A stretch of DNA of 64,000 bases from an uncultured Candidatus Rokubacteria bacterium (GTDB lineage Bacteria; Methylomirabilota; Methylomirabilia; Rokubacteriales; DASRDR01). A model generated the notes under the pieces. It searched no databases. It was not told the origin of the DNA and worked only from the letters and a program-made list of their open reading frames with translations. The number at the start of each line of letters is the position of its first letter. The first letter of the stretch is position 1. This document shows, one piece after another, positions 22,572 to 32,886 of this stretch. Position numbers and translations under genes: made by a program. The DNA lies in NCBI GenBank assembly GCA_963708025.1, contig CAVPSB010000010.1, forward strand, positions 1 to 64,000, given 5' to 3'.

Positions 22572-22795
22572 CAGCGTGTCGTCCGCTGTCGGGCTCGGGT
22601 AGCGGACACGATCCGCCGGCGGCGCCGAGCCAGGTAGACGTAGCGGCTTGCGGTTCGAGGGGTGATTCCGAACAGCTTGGCAATGCCAGCTCTGGAGAAA
22701 CCCGCCTCGTCGAGCGCCAGAGCCGTCTCACGCTTGGACACCGCGCCCATGCTATAGAGCAGAGTCGAACCCACTGCGCGCTTCAGCTTCATCAC
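22571..22795 (-). CDS. small HTH protein
   Basis: GFSRAGIAKLFGITPRTASRY; coupled to the primase start. Confidence 0.55.
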   Translation of the reverse strand: MMKLKRAVGSTLLYSMGAVSKRETALALDEAGFSRAGIAKLFGITPRTASRYVYLARRRRRIVSATRARQRTTR

Positions 22796-22993
22796 TCATT
22801 CCCTCCGGAGTTACAGCGCCGATCGTTCCTAAGACGGGATTGTCGCAGGCGACGGTGACTGCGAACGCGTAACGGGGAGCCTGGAGACCGCTCTGAATGC
22901 GGCTGGAAGAAAGTGCTTGAGAACCGCTCGTGCGTAACGCCCACCGTGACGGGCGTCGGGGGTCAGTAGCTAACGAATGCTAAGGATCCATTC

Positions 22994-23713
22994 TTAGGGG
23001 ATACGCCTACTCGGTCTGCGGTTCGTGGCTACACGGTGTTTAGCGCTACAAAAGGCACCGTGAGCTGCGGGAGCCTTGTCAATGAAATAGGGATGGGTGC
23101 ATGGCGCGTATTCACATCGACGAAGCTGGCGTAGCCAACTTGGAGGAGCTTCATGGAGACTGAGGAGTAAGTCAGCATCGCGCGCTGTGGCTGTCTTCAG
23201 CGCGCCTGTCAACTCCGCCCGTGCCTTCGAACTCCAAACCGGCCGAGTGGGTTTCCTGTGACGAAGCGTCTTCGCGCGACGCGAACGTGTCCTGAGTCTG
23301 CGAAATATCGGTCTACGCGTCTTCTTATCCCAGATAACATTCTTGGCCTTTCGGTCCTGATCTCGTATGAACCCTTGCCAATCGAAGCGCTCTTCAAATC
23401 GCTCGTCGGCAGCTTCGGCAATAACCTCATCAACTATTGCTCGGAGTGGTGATGACGCGTCAGTATTGAGTGCGGCGAGTAGGAGCCTGAAAAGGGCGGT
23501 CCCGCTTTCTCTCGAGACGCTTGGTTGTCGCCCTCCCACCTTTACTACCAAGGCGCTTGAAATGCTCCGACCGATCCTCTTTCTCCACGGCATCCTCCCG
23601 AACGAGGGTGGGGACGGACGACCTCTTTTGGCAAGGGGGAGTCTTACCTCGGACCCGAGTTCCTTCAGAGGCTCAGAAAATCGTTGGATGTGTATGAACC
23701 AGTCGGAATGCAA
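22994..23713 (-). CDS. hypothetical protein with C-terminal CGNR-like zinc finger
   Basis: LRRCEYAPC..YFID....AFCSAKHR; lower GC than flanks. Confidence 0.55.
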   Translation of the reverse strand: MHSDWFIHIQRFSEPLKELGSEVRLPLAKRGRPSPPSFGRMPWRKRIGRSISSALVVKVGGRQPSVSRESGTALFRLLLAALNTDASSPLRAIVDEVIAEAADERFEERFDWQGFIRDQDRKAKNVIWDKKTRRPIFRRLRTRSRRAKTLRHRKPTRPVWSSKARAELTGALKTATARDADLLLSLHEAPPSWLRQLRRCEYAPCTHPYFIDKAPAAHGAFCSAKHRVATNRRPSRRIP

Positions 23714-24177
23714 ATGACAAGAGAGCCGACATACTCATGCGAAACGTGGGCCAGTTGGTTGGGCTCCGCCTGGTTGAGTCGTTCGTCGAGGCGGTCCGGG
23801 TGTTCGGGGACAGCCGAGGCCACGACGAGTTGCTTGGGTGTCCCAGGACGTCGTCGCCGTCACGGTCGTCATTCTTGGGGCGCGTACTGTCGTCTCCTCT
23901 CAGCCACTCGCGGCCGTCGGCGACGCGGCGGGGTCGCCTGACGGCATTCTCAGGGGGGTGACGGTGCGCGAGGGTTGAGTGACGATGTCCAGTGGGTGGG
24001 TCGTCACCCTAACGCCCGTCGGACGGCGGGGGGTGACGATGTTGGCTGAGGTGACGACGCTGCCCCGGCCCTCTCTGTGATTGACCGAGAAGGGCACTGA
24101 CGGAAGGACGGCGGCTTCGGGTTCCGGGGAAGAGTAGACGATACGGGGCATGACCGAGTGCTGACGGTCGCGAGGGC

Positions 24178-24423
24178 TTAGCGCGCTCTCCGAGCTGTCG
24201 TCCTGGCTTGCAGCCGACCTGGCTGGAACAGGTCCCCCGGTTCGCACTGCAGTGCCCGGCATAGCCGATCAAGCGTACGCAATGTGGCATTGTGCCGGGC
24301 ATTTTCGATCCGGTTCAGAGTCGGCTGCTTGATGCCGAGCCGGCGCGCGAGTTCCGTCTGCGTGAGCCCCTCATCTCGGCGGAAGCGTCGAAGCGTGTCG
24401 GCTAACCGGTGGGCCAGATCCAC
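24178..24423 (-). CDS. XRE-family transcriptional regulator
   Basis: LRRFRRDEGLTQTELARRLGIKQPTLNRIENARHNATL. Confidence 0.85.
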   Translation of the reverse strand: MDLAHRLADTLRRFRRDEGLTQTELARRLGIKQPTLNRIENARHNATLRTLDRLCRALQCEPGDLFQPGRLQARTTARRAR

Positions 24424-24498
24424 GAGGTGGACTTTGGCTCATGGAGCTATACAAGTTTGTTATAGAAACGATCCCGGCCACCGTAGACTGACGCCGAC

Positions 24499-25233
24499 GT
24501 GGTCACCTTGGGCGTCGATCTCGCGTCCCTACCGCGCCGGACGGCGGCCTGCCGGATTCGCTGGGCCAGCGACCGAGCTGATGTAGACGTCCCGGAAGCC
24601 AACATCGAAGACGCCTGGCTGCTCAAGCACGCCGCGGAGGCGGACCGCGTGGGAGTCGACGTTCCCTTCGGCTGGCCAGACGCGTTCATCCACGCCATCT
24701 CCGCGCATCACGCGGGCGCGCCCTGGCCGACGCTTCCGATCACGACGTTGCGCTTCCGGGAGACCGATCGGTTCGTGCGCGACCAGGTCGGATGGTGGCC
24801 GCTCAGTGTCTCGTCGGAGAAGATCGGCGTGACGGCCATGCGCGCGGCGGGCTTGCTCTCCAAGTTGGCCGCCCGCGGCGAGCCCGTGGATCGGACGGGT
24901 AAGGGGAGGTGGGTCGAGGTCTATCCCGCCGCTGCCCTTCGGCGCTGGGGGCTCTCCTCACACGGCTACAAGGGGCCGGGCGGTCGGGACCGGCGCCGTG
25001 ATCTGCTTCACCAGCTGGAAAGCCTGGCGGACGGCTGGCTTCGGCTTCGCGGGGAGGCGCGTGGAGCCTGTGAAGCTAGTGACCACTGTTTTGACGCCAT
25101 GATTGCCGCGCTGGTGGCCCGCGCGGTTGCGCTAGGGCTGTGCGAGCCGATCCCGGTGGAAAGTGCGGCGCTCGCGGACAAGGAAGGGTGGATCGCGCTG
25201 CCGAAGGCCGGCAGCCTTCAGGTACTCGCGTGA
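24499..25233 (+). CDS. DUF429 domain protein (predicted RNase H-fold nuclease)
   Basis: TLGVDLAS, VGVDVPFGWP, FRETD, VEVYPAAAL, DHCFDA. Confidence 0.85.
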   Translation: MVTLGVDLASLPRRTAACRIRWASDRADVDVPEANIEDAWLLKHAAEADRVGVDVPFGWPDAFIHAISAHHAGAPWPTLPITTLRFRETDRFVRDQVGWWPLSVSSEKIGVTAMRAAGLLSKLAARGEPVDRTGKGRWVEVYPAAALRRWGLSSHGYKGPGGRDRRRDLLHQLESLADGWLRLRGEARGACEASDHCFDAMIAALVARAVALGLCEPIPVESAALADKEGWIALPKAGSLQVLA

Positions 25234-25273
25234 CTTTTCCCTAAGGTTCCGAAACGATCATTAGCTGGGGCTC

Positions 25274-25384
25274 GATGACAACGCCGATGGCAACGCGATT
25301 TGGAGGCAGCGTCGGGACGGCCCAAGACGACGAGAGCGTCGGCCCTGGCAAAGGCTGTAACATGACTCGTCACCTGGCGGGTGA
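25274..25384. repeat. att-like composite repeat, copy 1
   Basis: GATGACAACGCCGATGGCAAC (25274) and GTAACATGACTCGTCACCTGGCGGGTGA (25357). Confidence 0.75.
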
Positions 25385-25806
25385 ACCGCCATTCGTCGGC
25401 CCCGGCCTTTCGTCGTTGACCTGACGGTCGCCGGGCGTACGGTCGGCCCAGGGCGGCCTGCGGCCTTTGATGACCGGCTCGGTGGTGAGCCGCCTCCGTG
25501 TGGATGACAAGACAGGACACTCCCGATGACGAGAGACGTCAATGAGCACCGCGCCCCTGGACCGCATGTGTTTCGCCCTCGCACCATCAATCAGTCTTCC
25601 GGTGTTGCTTCGGAGATTCAGATGACGCGAGGACTGGTCAGAGCAAGACCGTTCTGACCTGATCTCGTCGGTTCGCGGCTGACCGTTCCGACCTCTTCAG
25701 AACCCTGAAGAACCCCTTCCAAGACGTTCCCTTCAGCTGGTAAACCGCTTGCAGTTTTAGCGGGTTATCGGAGGTTGACTTGTCCATCAGAAGGGAGGGG
25801 CTCGAC

Positions 25807-26294
25807 ATGGCAAAGCGGACTACCAAGGTCCTTGAGGTGTTTCTCTTCGGGCACTACGACTCCCGCGGCGGGACGACGGCCGTGGTCGCCCGGACCAAGA
25901 CTCAGGCCATCAAGAAGTACTTCGAGTCCGGATGGTTCGATGAGTTGACCAAACGGGAGCGCCGCCAGGTCGTGAAGGAGGACGATCGCGGGGGCCGTTC
26001 CACCTCGAGTCCGAGGGTGAACTGCCGGAGGGGGGATTGGACGCGTCGTTTGGCGGCCCCGGGTGGGTCCTGATCAACGAGGAGGCCGTGCAGCGGCCCG
26101 CCCCGAACACGCCCCCCGAGATGCGTGACTGGGAGCAGCGCCCCGGCTGGAAGCGCCTTACGCGGATACGGTATGCGCCAGCGACGGCCTACCCGCGCGA
26201 TCCCGAGACGGAGAAGTGGCTGAAGCCGCTGCCCGAGGGGTGGGCGCATCCTCGGTGGGACGATGACGAGTACGCGTTCATCTTACTGCGCTAG
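25807..26294 (+). CDS. hypothetical protein (probable frameshift near 25990)
   Basis: MAKRTTKVLEVFLFGHYDSRGG... and ...WVLINEE...HPRWDDDEYAFILLR in adjacent frames. Confidence 0.45.
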
Positions 26295-26587
26295 TCGCTC
26301 GGGCGTGATTGACCCGCCACAACACCGCCACGGACGGAGGAAGTGACCGTGAGGATGCCAAAGTCCTTCCCAGTCCTTTCGGTCAAGAGTCTTCCGGCCT
26401 GCCAGAAGTGCGGCCGGGATTGGGCTCGATCGGTGGGACCACGCCGGGGACGCGGGCCCTGGTCTTTCAGGCGTGTCCAGGCTGTGCGGCGGCGGGCATG
26501 GACCTGGCTCGGGCTTGCGTGTTTGCGGTCGAGCGAGAGCCTGGCGTGTTTATCAGGCTGATGGGAGCCCGCCGATGAGCGCGACCA

Positions 26588-26736
26588 TGATTGAGCGTCG
26601 GCAGCCCCGCCTGCTGGTGATTGACGACGACCCGGCCGTGCAGTCGGTCCTGTGCGACCTGTTGAGCGCGCTCGGCTACGCGGTGGACGAGGCGTCCGGC
26701 GGGGACGAGGGGCTCGCGCTGTTCCGGCCAAGATGA
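26588..26736 (+). pseudogene. truncated response-regulator receiver domain
   Basis: RLLVIDDDPAVQSVLCDLLSALGYAVDEASGGDEGLALF then a stop before the phospho-Asp. Confidence 0.7.
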
Positions 26737-27016
26737 CCCAGCGTGTCGCCTTGCTGATTCAAGGGACGCTCTACCTGGAAATCGACGCGGACCCTACCGA
26801 CGACGAAGCCGCGCACTGAAGCCCTCGCGACAGAGTGGGACCGAGTGTGTCGAGAGGCGCCGGCCGACGTGATCGAGACGTTGGAATTGACTGAGCACCG
26901 ATTGGTGGACGAGGACGGGAAGGTGATCGAGTCGGAAGAGCCGACCGAGGAGCCCGAGTAGGTCTCCTGAGCCTGACGCGCTCGGGGGTCACGGGCCGAT
27001 CCATCCCGATCGGCAT

Positions 27017-27760
27017 TCAGAACGCGCTGTCGGTTCGCTCGCGCATGTCCGTCGCTGGAATGATCGCTGTATCGCCTTGCCGCAGGATCTTCAAGGTTCC
27101 CACAGACGCTTGGTAGTAGTTGATGCGCACGCGTCCAAAGAGGATGGCTCCCTGGCCGACCTTCTTCGGGTCTGCAAACCCAGCCTGGCTCATCAGCGTG
27201 AGCATCCGGTTCTCGGAGTTGTCTCGCAGCTGATGAGTCGAGTGAAGCCAGCGGGCCAGGAAGCCACCCGCCCTGGCCTCCGGGCCAGCGAAGTCAAGCA
27301 GGTGAAGGAAGCCGGCGGGTTTGAGCACGCGCCGGACCTCACGAAGCGTCTTCTCCTTCTCATGTCCCTGGAGGTGGTGGAACATGAAGGACGAGAACAC
27401 CCGGTCGAAGGACGTCTCGGGGTAGGGCATCTCATCCGAAAAGCCCTGATCGAACTGGATAGAGACGGCCGCTCGCTCGGCCTTTCGCCTCGCTCGCGCG
27501 AGCGCCTTCGGATCGGGATCCAGGCCTACGACATCGACGTCGGGATGAAGACGCTTGATCACCACGGCTAGAGTGCCCGTGCCACAGCCGATCTCAAGCA
27601 CGCGGTGACCGGGCCGAATGGCGGCTTGATCGACCAGGGCCCTCCGGGTCCGATCGCCGCCGAGCAACTTCACAAGTGGGTCGTAGAGCGGCAGGGTCCA
27701 GTCGTGTCCCGCGGCGGGAATGTAGGTCCTGCGAGGTCCGACGATCGTGTTCAATCCCAT
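27017..27760 (-). CDS. class I SAM-dependent methyltransferase
   Basis: VLEIGCGTG, VVGLDPD, SFDRVFSSFMFHHL, RRVLKP. Confidence 0.9.
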   Translation of the reverse strand: MGLNTIVGPRRTYIPAAGHDWTLPLYDPLVKLLGGDRTRRALVDQAAIRPGHRVLEIGCGTGTLAVVIKRLHPDVDVVGLDPDPKALARARRKAERAAVSIQFDQGFSDEMPYPETSFDRVFSSFMFHHLQGHEKEKTLREVRRVLKPAGFLHLLDFAGPEARAGGFLARWLHSTHQLRDNSENRMLTLMSQAGFADPKKVGQGAILFGRVRINYYQASVGTLKILRQGDTAIIPATDMRERTDSAF

Positions 27761-27828
27761 TGATGCGTCTCCTTCGGTGGTTGAGTGTTCACCCGGACCG
27801 ACCTGTACGGTGATCGCTCGCGGCCTGC

Positions 27829-28426
27829 CTAGCGTGTAGTGGGAGGTGACTCGTGCCCGGGAAAGCCAGGCCACTCCATCACTCGCTTGGCCTGGACGAA
27901 GTGGTTCTGCTCGTGCACCACGATGATGCGGTAGGCATCCATCAGGCTGTAGGTGACCAAGCGGGACACGGGCGACGTGATCCTGATGCGGTCGAGGTCG
28001 AGTCGCGACGGGTCGCCTCCATCAGGGCCAGCAGGCGGTCCTGCTGCTCAGGAAGCTCGCGACGATCCCCGGCGCGATGTGACTGCGTGAGGGGTAGAAG
28101 GCCGGCCGCGCCTTGGCCTTCCGCCCGGAGTCGGGGCGGAGCGTCTTGATAAGGAGCCGCCCGAAGAACCTCGGAAGCAGCGGCATGCGCTCCCAGGCAC
28201 TCTGGCGCCTACGGCCGTCGAGAACCTGCTCGATGATCGGGAAGAACGCCTGATTGGAGAGGATCAGGTGGTCGAAGCACTGGCCGATGCTCCACTCCCC
28301 CTCGCTCGGCTTCCAGTTGACCTGCTGAGGGGAGAGCTGGCCGAATGCGCGCGTCGCCTCATCGGCGAGCCGGCGCCCCTCCGCGAGCACGGTGGAGAGG
28401 TCGCTATCCTTCAAGTCAGAGTTCAT
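27829..28426 (-). CDS. DinB family protein (frameshifted)
   Basis: VNWKPSEGEWSIGQCFDHL ... VVHEQNHFVQA. Confidence 0.8.
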
Positions 28427-28818
28427 TCGCCTCTCGCGTGGCGTCCGAGCCGCCTGACATGATCTGCCGTCCCTGCGCCTGTACCGGCTGTCCAAGCCGA
28501 CGTTTCTCCGCTCATCATAGCTTCTCCCTGCCGGGCGGGCGATACGACCGGCGGTCAGCTCCTGAGGGGCTGGGTCGTCGTCACCGTCATTTCGTCACGG
28601 CGCCTCTCTTGTCGGTCCCCCCGTCCCATCCCGTCGGGGGTGGGTGAGAGGTCGGGTGACGGCCGTGTGACAACGGTCACCGAGGGACCGTCACTCTGCC
28701 GGCCGCGTCGGACGCGCCGGGTGACGACGATGACGAGGATGACGCTCCTTCGCGTGCCGCCTCTACGAGGCGGCCGCGGTACCGGCTCGGGTGATCCGAA
28801 CCCCGATCAGACCCCCTA

Positions 28819-28919
28819 GATGACAACGCCCGTGGCAACATACCTCTGGGTGTCGTGTCACAGTGGGTGGGGGCGCAGCCCTGCCGGCGCCGTAACATGA
28901 CTCGCCACCTGGCGGGTGA
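28819..28919. repeat. att-like composite repeat, copy 2
   Basis: GATGACAACGCCCGTGGCAAC (28819) and GTAACATGACTCGCCACCTGGCGGGTGA (28892). Confidence 0.75.
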
Positions 28920-29137
28920 CTGACTCTAAAACTAGCCAGTTACGTGAGGTGGGATGGCGGGAGGCGTCTACAGAAGGTGTCTACAGAGCGATACAGAGCG
29001 TGACTCCGGGACTCTAGTGTTGACACTAGAGTGTTGACACTGATGGTTGCCGAGCGCTAGGGTTTGGCCGACTCAGGTCGGTCGCGACCTGAACTTGCTG
29101 GGCGACCCAGGACTCCGAGCCGAGGGACACTCCCGAT

Positions 29138-29587
29138 ATGGCAACCGAAGCGGAATGGCAAGAAGCTTACGAGTACCTCTTGGCTCACTTGCGCGAGTTG
29201 GGTGCCGCAGATGCAATTCGCGAGATTGAAGAGGGAGCATCACTCCCTGTAAGGCGGGCGCCGTTGACAGGAGAACTCTTACTCTTGTCCAAGCTGGTGA
29301 GACGTGAGTTGAGCGAGAGTCAACTGGAGGCACCGACCTGGCGGGATTCTTTCCACGTGGCGCTGCTCGTTCTGGAGGCACGCCTAGTTCACTTGCCCGC
29401 CGTAATACAGGCACTCTTCCAGCGTTTCGAACAGAGCGAGATTGCTTTCCGCTCTGAATATAGGGCGGACCGCCAGGTTGAGGAGAGAGAAAACAACATA
29501 ATAAGCGGGTTACCTGATCCGAGTTCCAGTGTGGATCTGAGACAGGCCGCCGAGTCTCTCAGGTTACTGTTGGAGCAGGACCGCTAG
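29138..29587 (+). CDS. hypothetical helical protein
   Basis: 149-aa lower-GC ORF ending 2 nt before the nuclease gene. Confidence 0.6.
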   Translation: MATEAEWQEAYEYLLAHLRELGAADAIREIEEGASLPVRRAPLTGELLLLSKLVRRELSESQLEAPTWRDSFHVALLVLEARLVHLPAVIQALFQRFEQSEIAFRSEYRADRQVEERENNIISGLPDPSSSVDLRQAAESLRLLLEQDR

Positions 29588-29589
29588 GT

Positions 29590-30279
29590 ATGGCCACACT
29601 TCAGGAACTGAAGGCAGCGATAGACGAGGTGCTTGGTATCAACATCTCCGGATCGCTGTTGATTCTACGTTCGGATACGTGCGAACGCGCGTACGAGGCG
29701 TATGTCTTCGCATTATGCGTCGAAGCTGTGCGTCGTGCTGGCGGCACGGCCACTATTACCGGCATCATCAGCGGACCGAATCCGCCAGCCCTGGTCTTTC
29801 GGGGTGGCCCGGGATCGTTGGGTTCGCCGTCGCCGTCACAGGACTACTGTTATGCCGACTGTGATTTGAATGGGAAGCAGTTCGAGGTGCATGTTGACGT
29901 CATTTTCGAGGGACAGTCCGGAGCGAGTCATGAGATCGATGTATCAATCATCGACAAGGGACACGCGGATGACGTACGTCGCTTGAATCGACTACCCCGG
30001 ACTAACAAGAATCTGATCGTGGCATTTGAGTGCAAATTCTACGAGTCGAGGCCGAAGGTCGCGCTCGCGAGAACGTTTGTTGGACTCGTGCGTGACTGTT
30101 CGGCAAACCGATTTGATGGATTTGTCGCCAACCGAACGACTGACGAGTTAGAGGCGTATCTGAGCACCAGTTGGTCCCCGCAACCGTTTGCCGATCTCAT
30201 TCCGATCAATCGAGGTGCCGAGGACAGGTTTGTGCGGTCGCTCGAGCAGGCGCTTAGGAAGTGGTCGGGTGGCCGGTGA
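29590..30279 (+). CDS. PD-(D/E)XK restriction endonuclease-like protein
   Basis: YE ... GQSGASHEIDVSI ... AFECKFY. Confidence 0.75.
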   Translation: MATLQELKAAIDEVLGINISGSLLILRSDTCERAYEAYVFALCVEAVRRAGGTATITGIISGPNPPALVFRGGPGSLGSPSPSQDYCYADCDLNGKQFEVHVDVIFEGQSGASHEIDVSIIDKGHADDVRRLNRLPRTNKNLIVAFECKFYESRPKVALARTFVGLVRDCSANRFDGFVANRTTDELEAYLSTSWSPQPFADLIPINRGAEDRFVRSLEQALRKWSGGR

Positions 30280-31067
30280 GGCTGGCGTCGGCTTTGTCGC
30301 CTGAGGGCGTCCCGATCCCGAGTTACGCGACCTACGAATACCCTCGTCTGGTTGCGGTGGGTCAAAGGGTGACCGGACCTAACGACAGTGTTGACACCAG
30401 TAGAGTCAAAAGGTTGATCCGGCTGACTGTCGGTGGCCCGACGCGGTCGGGACGAAGTGTGGTGTCGCAGTCCGAAGTGACGCTGCAGAAGGGGACTGAA
30501 AAGGGGGGCGTACCACGCCCAGCGTCGCTCGGCAGCGATCAGAAGCCGACGCGCGCTCGCCAGTGCGCTGTTGTCTCGGTTGCAGGCCGGTCGGGTCCCA
30601 GCTCGTGTAGGAAGGGGCTGGCGATCAGAGTGGCATTTGCGCCGTATTCCGGACGCACTTGGAGACGCATCTGCATCGCGTCCGCGTAGGGCATCTGGGC
30701 TGCTCCGCTGATGACGAGAGTCTCGACCGTTCGAGTGAGCGCGACATAGAACAACCGCCGCTGCTCCTGGAGCTGCCTAAGTCGCTCATCATACGGCGCA
30801 GACTGGTCTATGGTCGGCAATGCACCAGCTACGCATCCAGCGATGACAACGACGCGCGCGGTGAGCCCCTTGGATTTGTGAAGGCTCATGACGCGGATAA
30901 TCTGACCTTGTTCACCCGGTATCTCAGGCTGAGTCACGACTGTCCGCAACTCCTGAAGAAGAGCTGCGGGTGGAGGATTCTGTGCCGCTGCGCCAGAGGC
31001 GATGCCTCTGATTGGACTTGCCCCGGTTTCGTGGACACCTATCCTCTGAGGGAGGAAGGAGGCCACG

Positions 31068-31382
31068 ATGCCTAGGACCCGACCCCCATATCCACCGGAG
31101 TTGCGGCGCCGGCTCGTCGAGCTGGTGCGCGCGGGCCAGACGCCCGAGGAGCTGGCGCGGAAGTTCGAACCCTCGGCCGGCGCGATCCGCAACTGGGTCG
31201 TGCAGGCCGCCCGCGACGCCGGGCACCGGACAGACGGCCTGACGACCGAGGACAAGGAGGAGCTCCGGCGGTTGCGCCGGGAGAACCGCGTGCTGCGCGA
31301 GGAGCGGGAGATCCTGAGAAAAGCCGCGGCCTGGTTCGCCAAGGAGACCACGTCGATCCCCTCACGGGATTCGAGTTCGTGA
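31068..31382 (+). CDS. IS3 transposase OrfA
   Basis: YPPELRRRLVELV...ELRRLRRENRVLREEREILRKAAAWF. Confidence 0.9.
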   Translation: MPRTRPPYPPELRRRLVELVRAGQTPEELARKFEPSAGAIRNWVVQAARDAGHRTDGLTTEDKEELRRLRRENRVLREEREILRKAAAWFAKETTSIPSRDSSS

Positions 31383-32359
31383 AGGCGTACCCGGCCGTCC
31401 ACCGCATCGCCACCATGTGCCGCGTGCTGGGGGTCTCCACCAGCGGGTACTATGCGTGGCAGCACCGCGCCCCGTCGGCGCGCGCCCAGCACGACGCCGA
31501 GCTGACGATGAAGATCCACACCATCCATCTCGAGTCGCGCGGCACCTACGGCGCGCCGCGGGTGCACGCCGAACTGGCCGCCCAGGGGATCGCCCTGGGT
31601 CGCAAGCGGGTGGCGCGGCTCATGCGCCGCGCCCAGCTGCGGGGCGTCAGCCGCCGCAAGTGGGTGCACACTACGACGCGGAACCCGGATGCCGAGCCGG
31701 CGCCCGACCTCGTGCAGCGGCAGTTCACGGCGACCGGCCGTGACCAGCTCTGGGTCGCGGACATCACGTACGTGCCGACCGGGGCCGGCTTCCTCTACCT
31801 CGCGGTGGTGCTCGATGCGTGGAGCCGCCGCGTGATCGGCTGGGCGATGGAGACCCATCTGCGCACGGAACTCGTCCTGGCCGCGTTGGACATGGCCCTC
31901 CATCAGCGGCGCCCCTCCACCGTCATCCACCACTCCGACCACGGCTGCCAGTACACGTCGATCGCCTTCGGCCAGCGGTGCGACGAGGCCGGCGTCCGCC
32001 CCTCGATGGGCTCGGTCGGCGACGCCTACGACAACGCCCTGTGCGAGAGCTTCTTCGCCACGCTCGAATGTGAGCTGCTCGATCGCACCCGGTTCACCAC
32101 ATCGGGCGAGGCCCGCGCCGCGCTCTTCGACTTCATCGAGGGCTGGTACAATCCTCGCCGGCGGCATTCCGCCCTGGGTTACGAGTCGCCGATCCGTTAT
32201 GAGCGGCTCCACACGCTTCCGAACTCGATGCGGCCGGTCCCGACCGGAAGCGCGACCGCCGTATTGCCTCTACAAGGCCCCTTGGACGAGGGGGGCGCTA
32301 TCTCCCTATCCCCCCACACTGCCCTTTCCACCCCTTCCACCGGGCGAGGGCGCCCATGA
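31379..32359 (+). CDS. IS3 transposase OrfB
   Basis: WVADITYV, IHHSDHGCQY, DNALCESFF. Confidence 0.95.
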   Translation: MKAYPAVHRIATMCRVLGVSTSGYYAWQHRAPSARAQHDAELTMKIHTIHLESRGTYGAPRVHAELAAQGIALGRKRVARLMRRAQLRGVSRRKWVHTTTRNPDAEPAPDLVQRQFTATGRDQLWVADITYVPTGAGFLYLAVVLDAWSRRVIGWAMETHLRTELVLAALDMALHQRRPSTVIHHSDHGCQYTSIAFGQRCDEAGVRPSMGSVGDAYDNALCESFFATLECELLDRTRFTTSGEARAALFDFIEGWYNPRRRHSALGYESPIRYERLHTLPNSMRPVPTGSATAVLPLQGPLDEGGAISLSPHTALSTPSTGRGRP

Positions 32360-32886
32360 GTCAGCGCTGCGAACCTCAGCCGTTCACCGTCCACGAAACC
32401 GGGTCAACTCCAGATGTCCTCAACCGCCGCTAGGCCCGGCGGGAAGAGGGCGTTCGAACGAGATCCTGACCAGTCAACCCGGCGAGTTGTCCTAGACGTG
32501 CAGCGAGCGCGTGAAACCGGTCAACCGCGTCCCGCGTATGTGGGAGAGTTAGGTTGCCTGTAGTCAGCGCGTCGAGCACCTGACGTGGTGACTGGCCCGC
32601 GTTTGTGGCGTGGTCTCTAACACGCCTCCAACTACCCGTCCTCGCAGATGGGCTGCCAAGACCAATCCAGGTCCGTCCTTCGCCCAAAGCGTTTCCGACT
32701 CACGCGGCGTCCCACCGTGCTCTTGCGATAAGCCGGCAGGTCCGACGCGGGGCAGCCGGGAGCCTCAGGCCGTCGGCTCCGCCACCCGAGATGGTGGATG
32801 TCAGCGTGAGACGGATTGGCGCCGGAAGGAAGGATCGTGTGGGGCGTTGCGCCTGGGTAGCGGGAGGACGGCCGGGCGATGTTGGA

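Larger units (their letters stand above)
17540..23713 (-). mobile_element. integrative replicon core (int, xis, primase-helicase, regulators); no capsid or conjugation genes; boundaries approximate
   Basis: Co-oriented gene set typical of phage-satellite or integrative-plasmid elements. Confidence 0.7.
31013..32412 (+). mobile_element. IS3-family insertion sequence (1400 bp), 3-bp GAT target duplication
   Basis: IRs TGGACTTGCCCCGGTTTCGTGGAC / TGGAGTTGACCCGGTTTCGTGGAC (22/24); GAT at 31010-31012 and 32413-32415. Confidence 0.95.
30539..32700 (-). pseudogene. C-terminal part of a UvrD/SF1 helicase, split by an IS3 element and 5'-truncated
   Basis: VMSLHKSKGL...EQRRLFYVALTR; AAVEDIRGIASG rejoins across the IS; no Walker A found upstream. 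Confidence 0.8.

Noticed and set aside
25636-25694. GGTCAGA/TCTGACC dyad and GACCGTTCYGACCT repeat
   Set aside because: Short, single locus, no assignable function
30539-32212. 557-aa ORF appearing to be a novel helicase fusion
   Set aside because: Antisense read-through of the IS3 joined to the UvrD C-terminus
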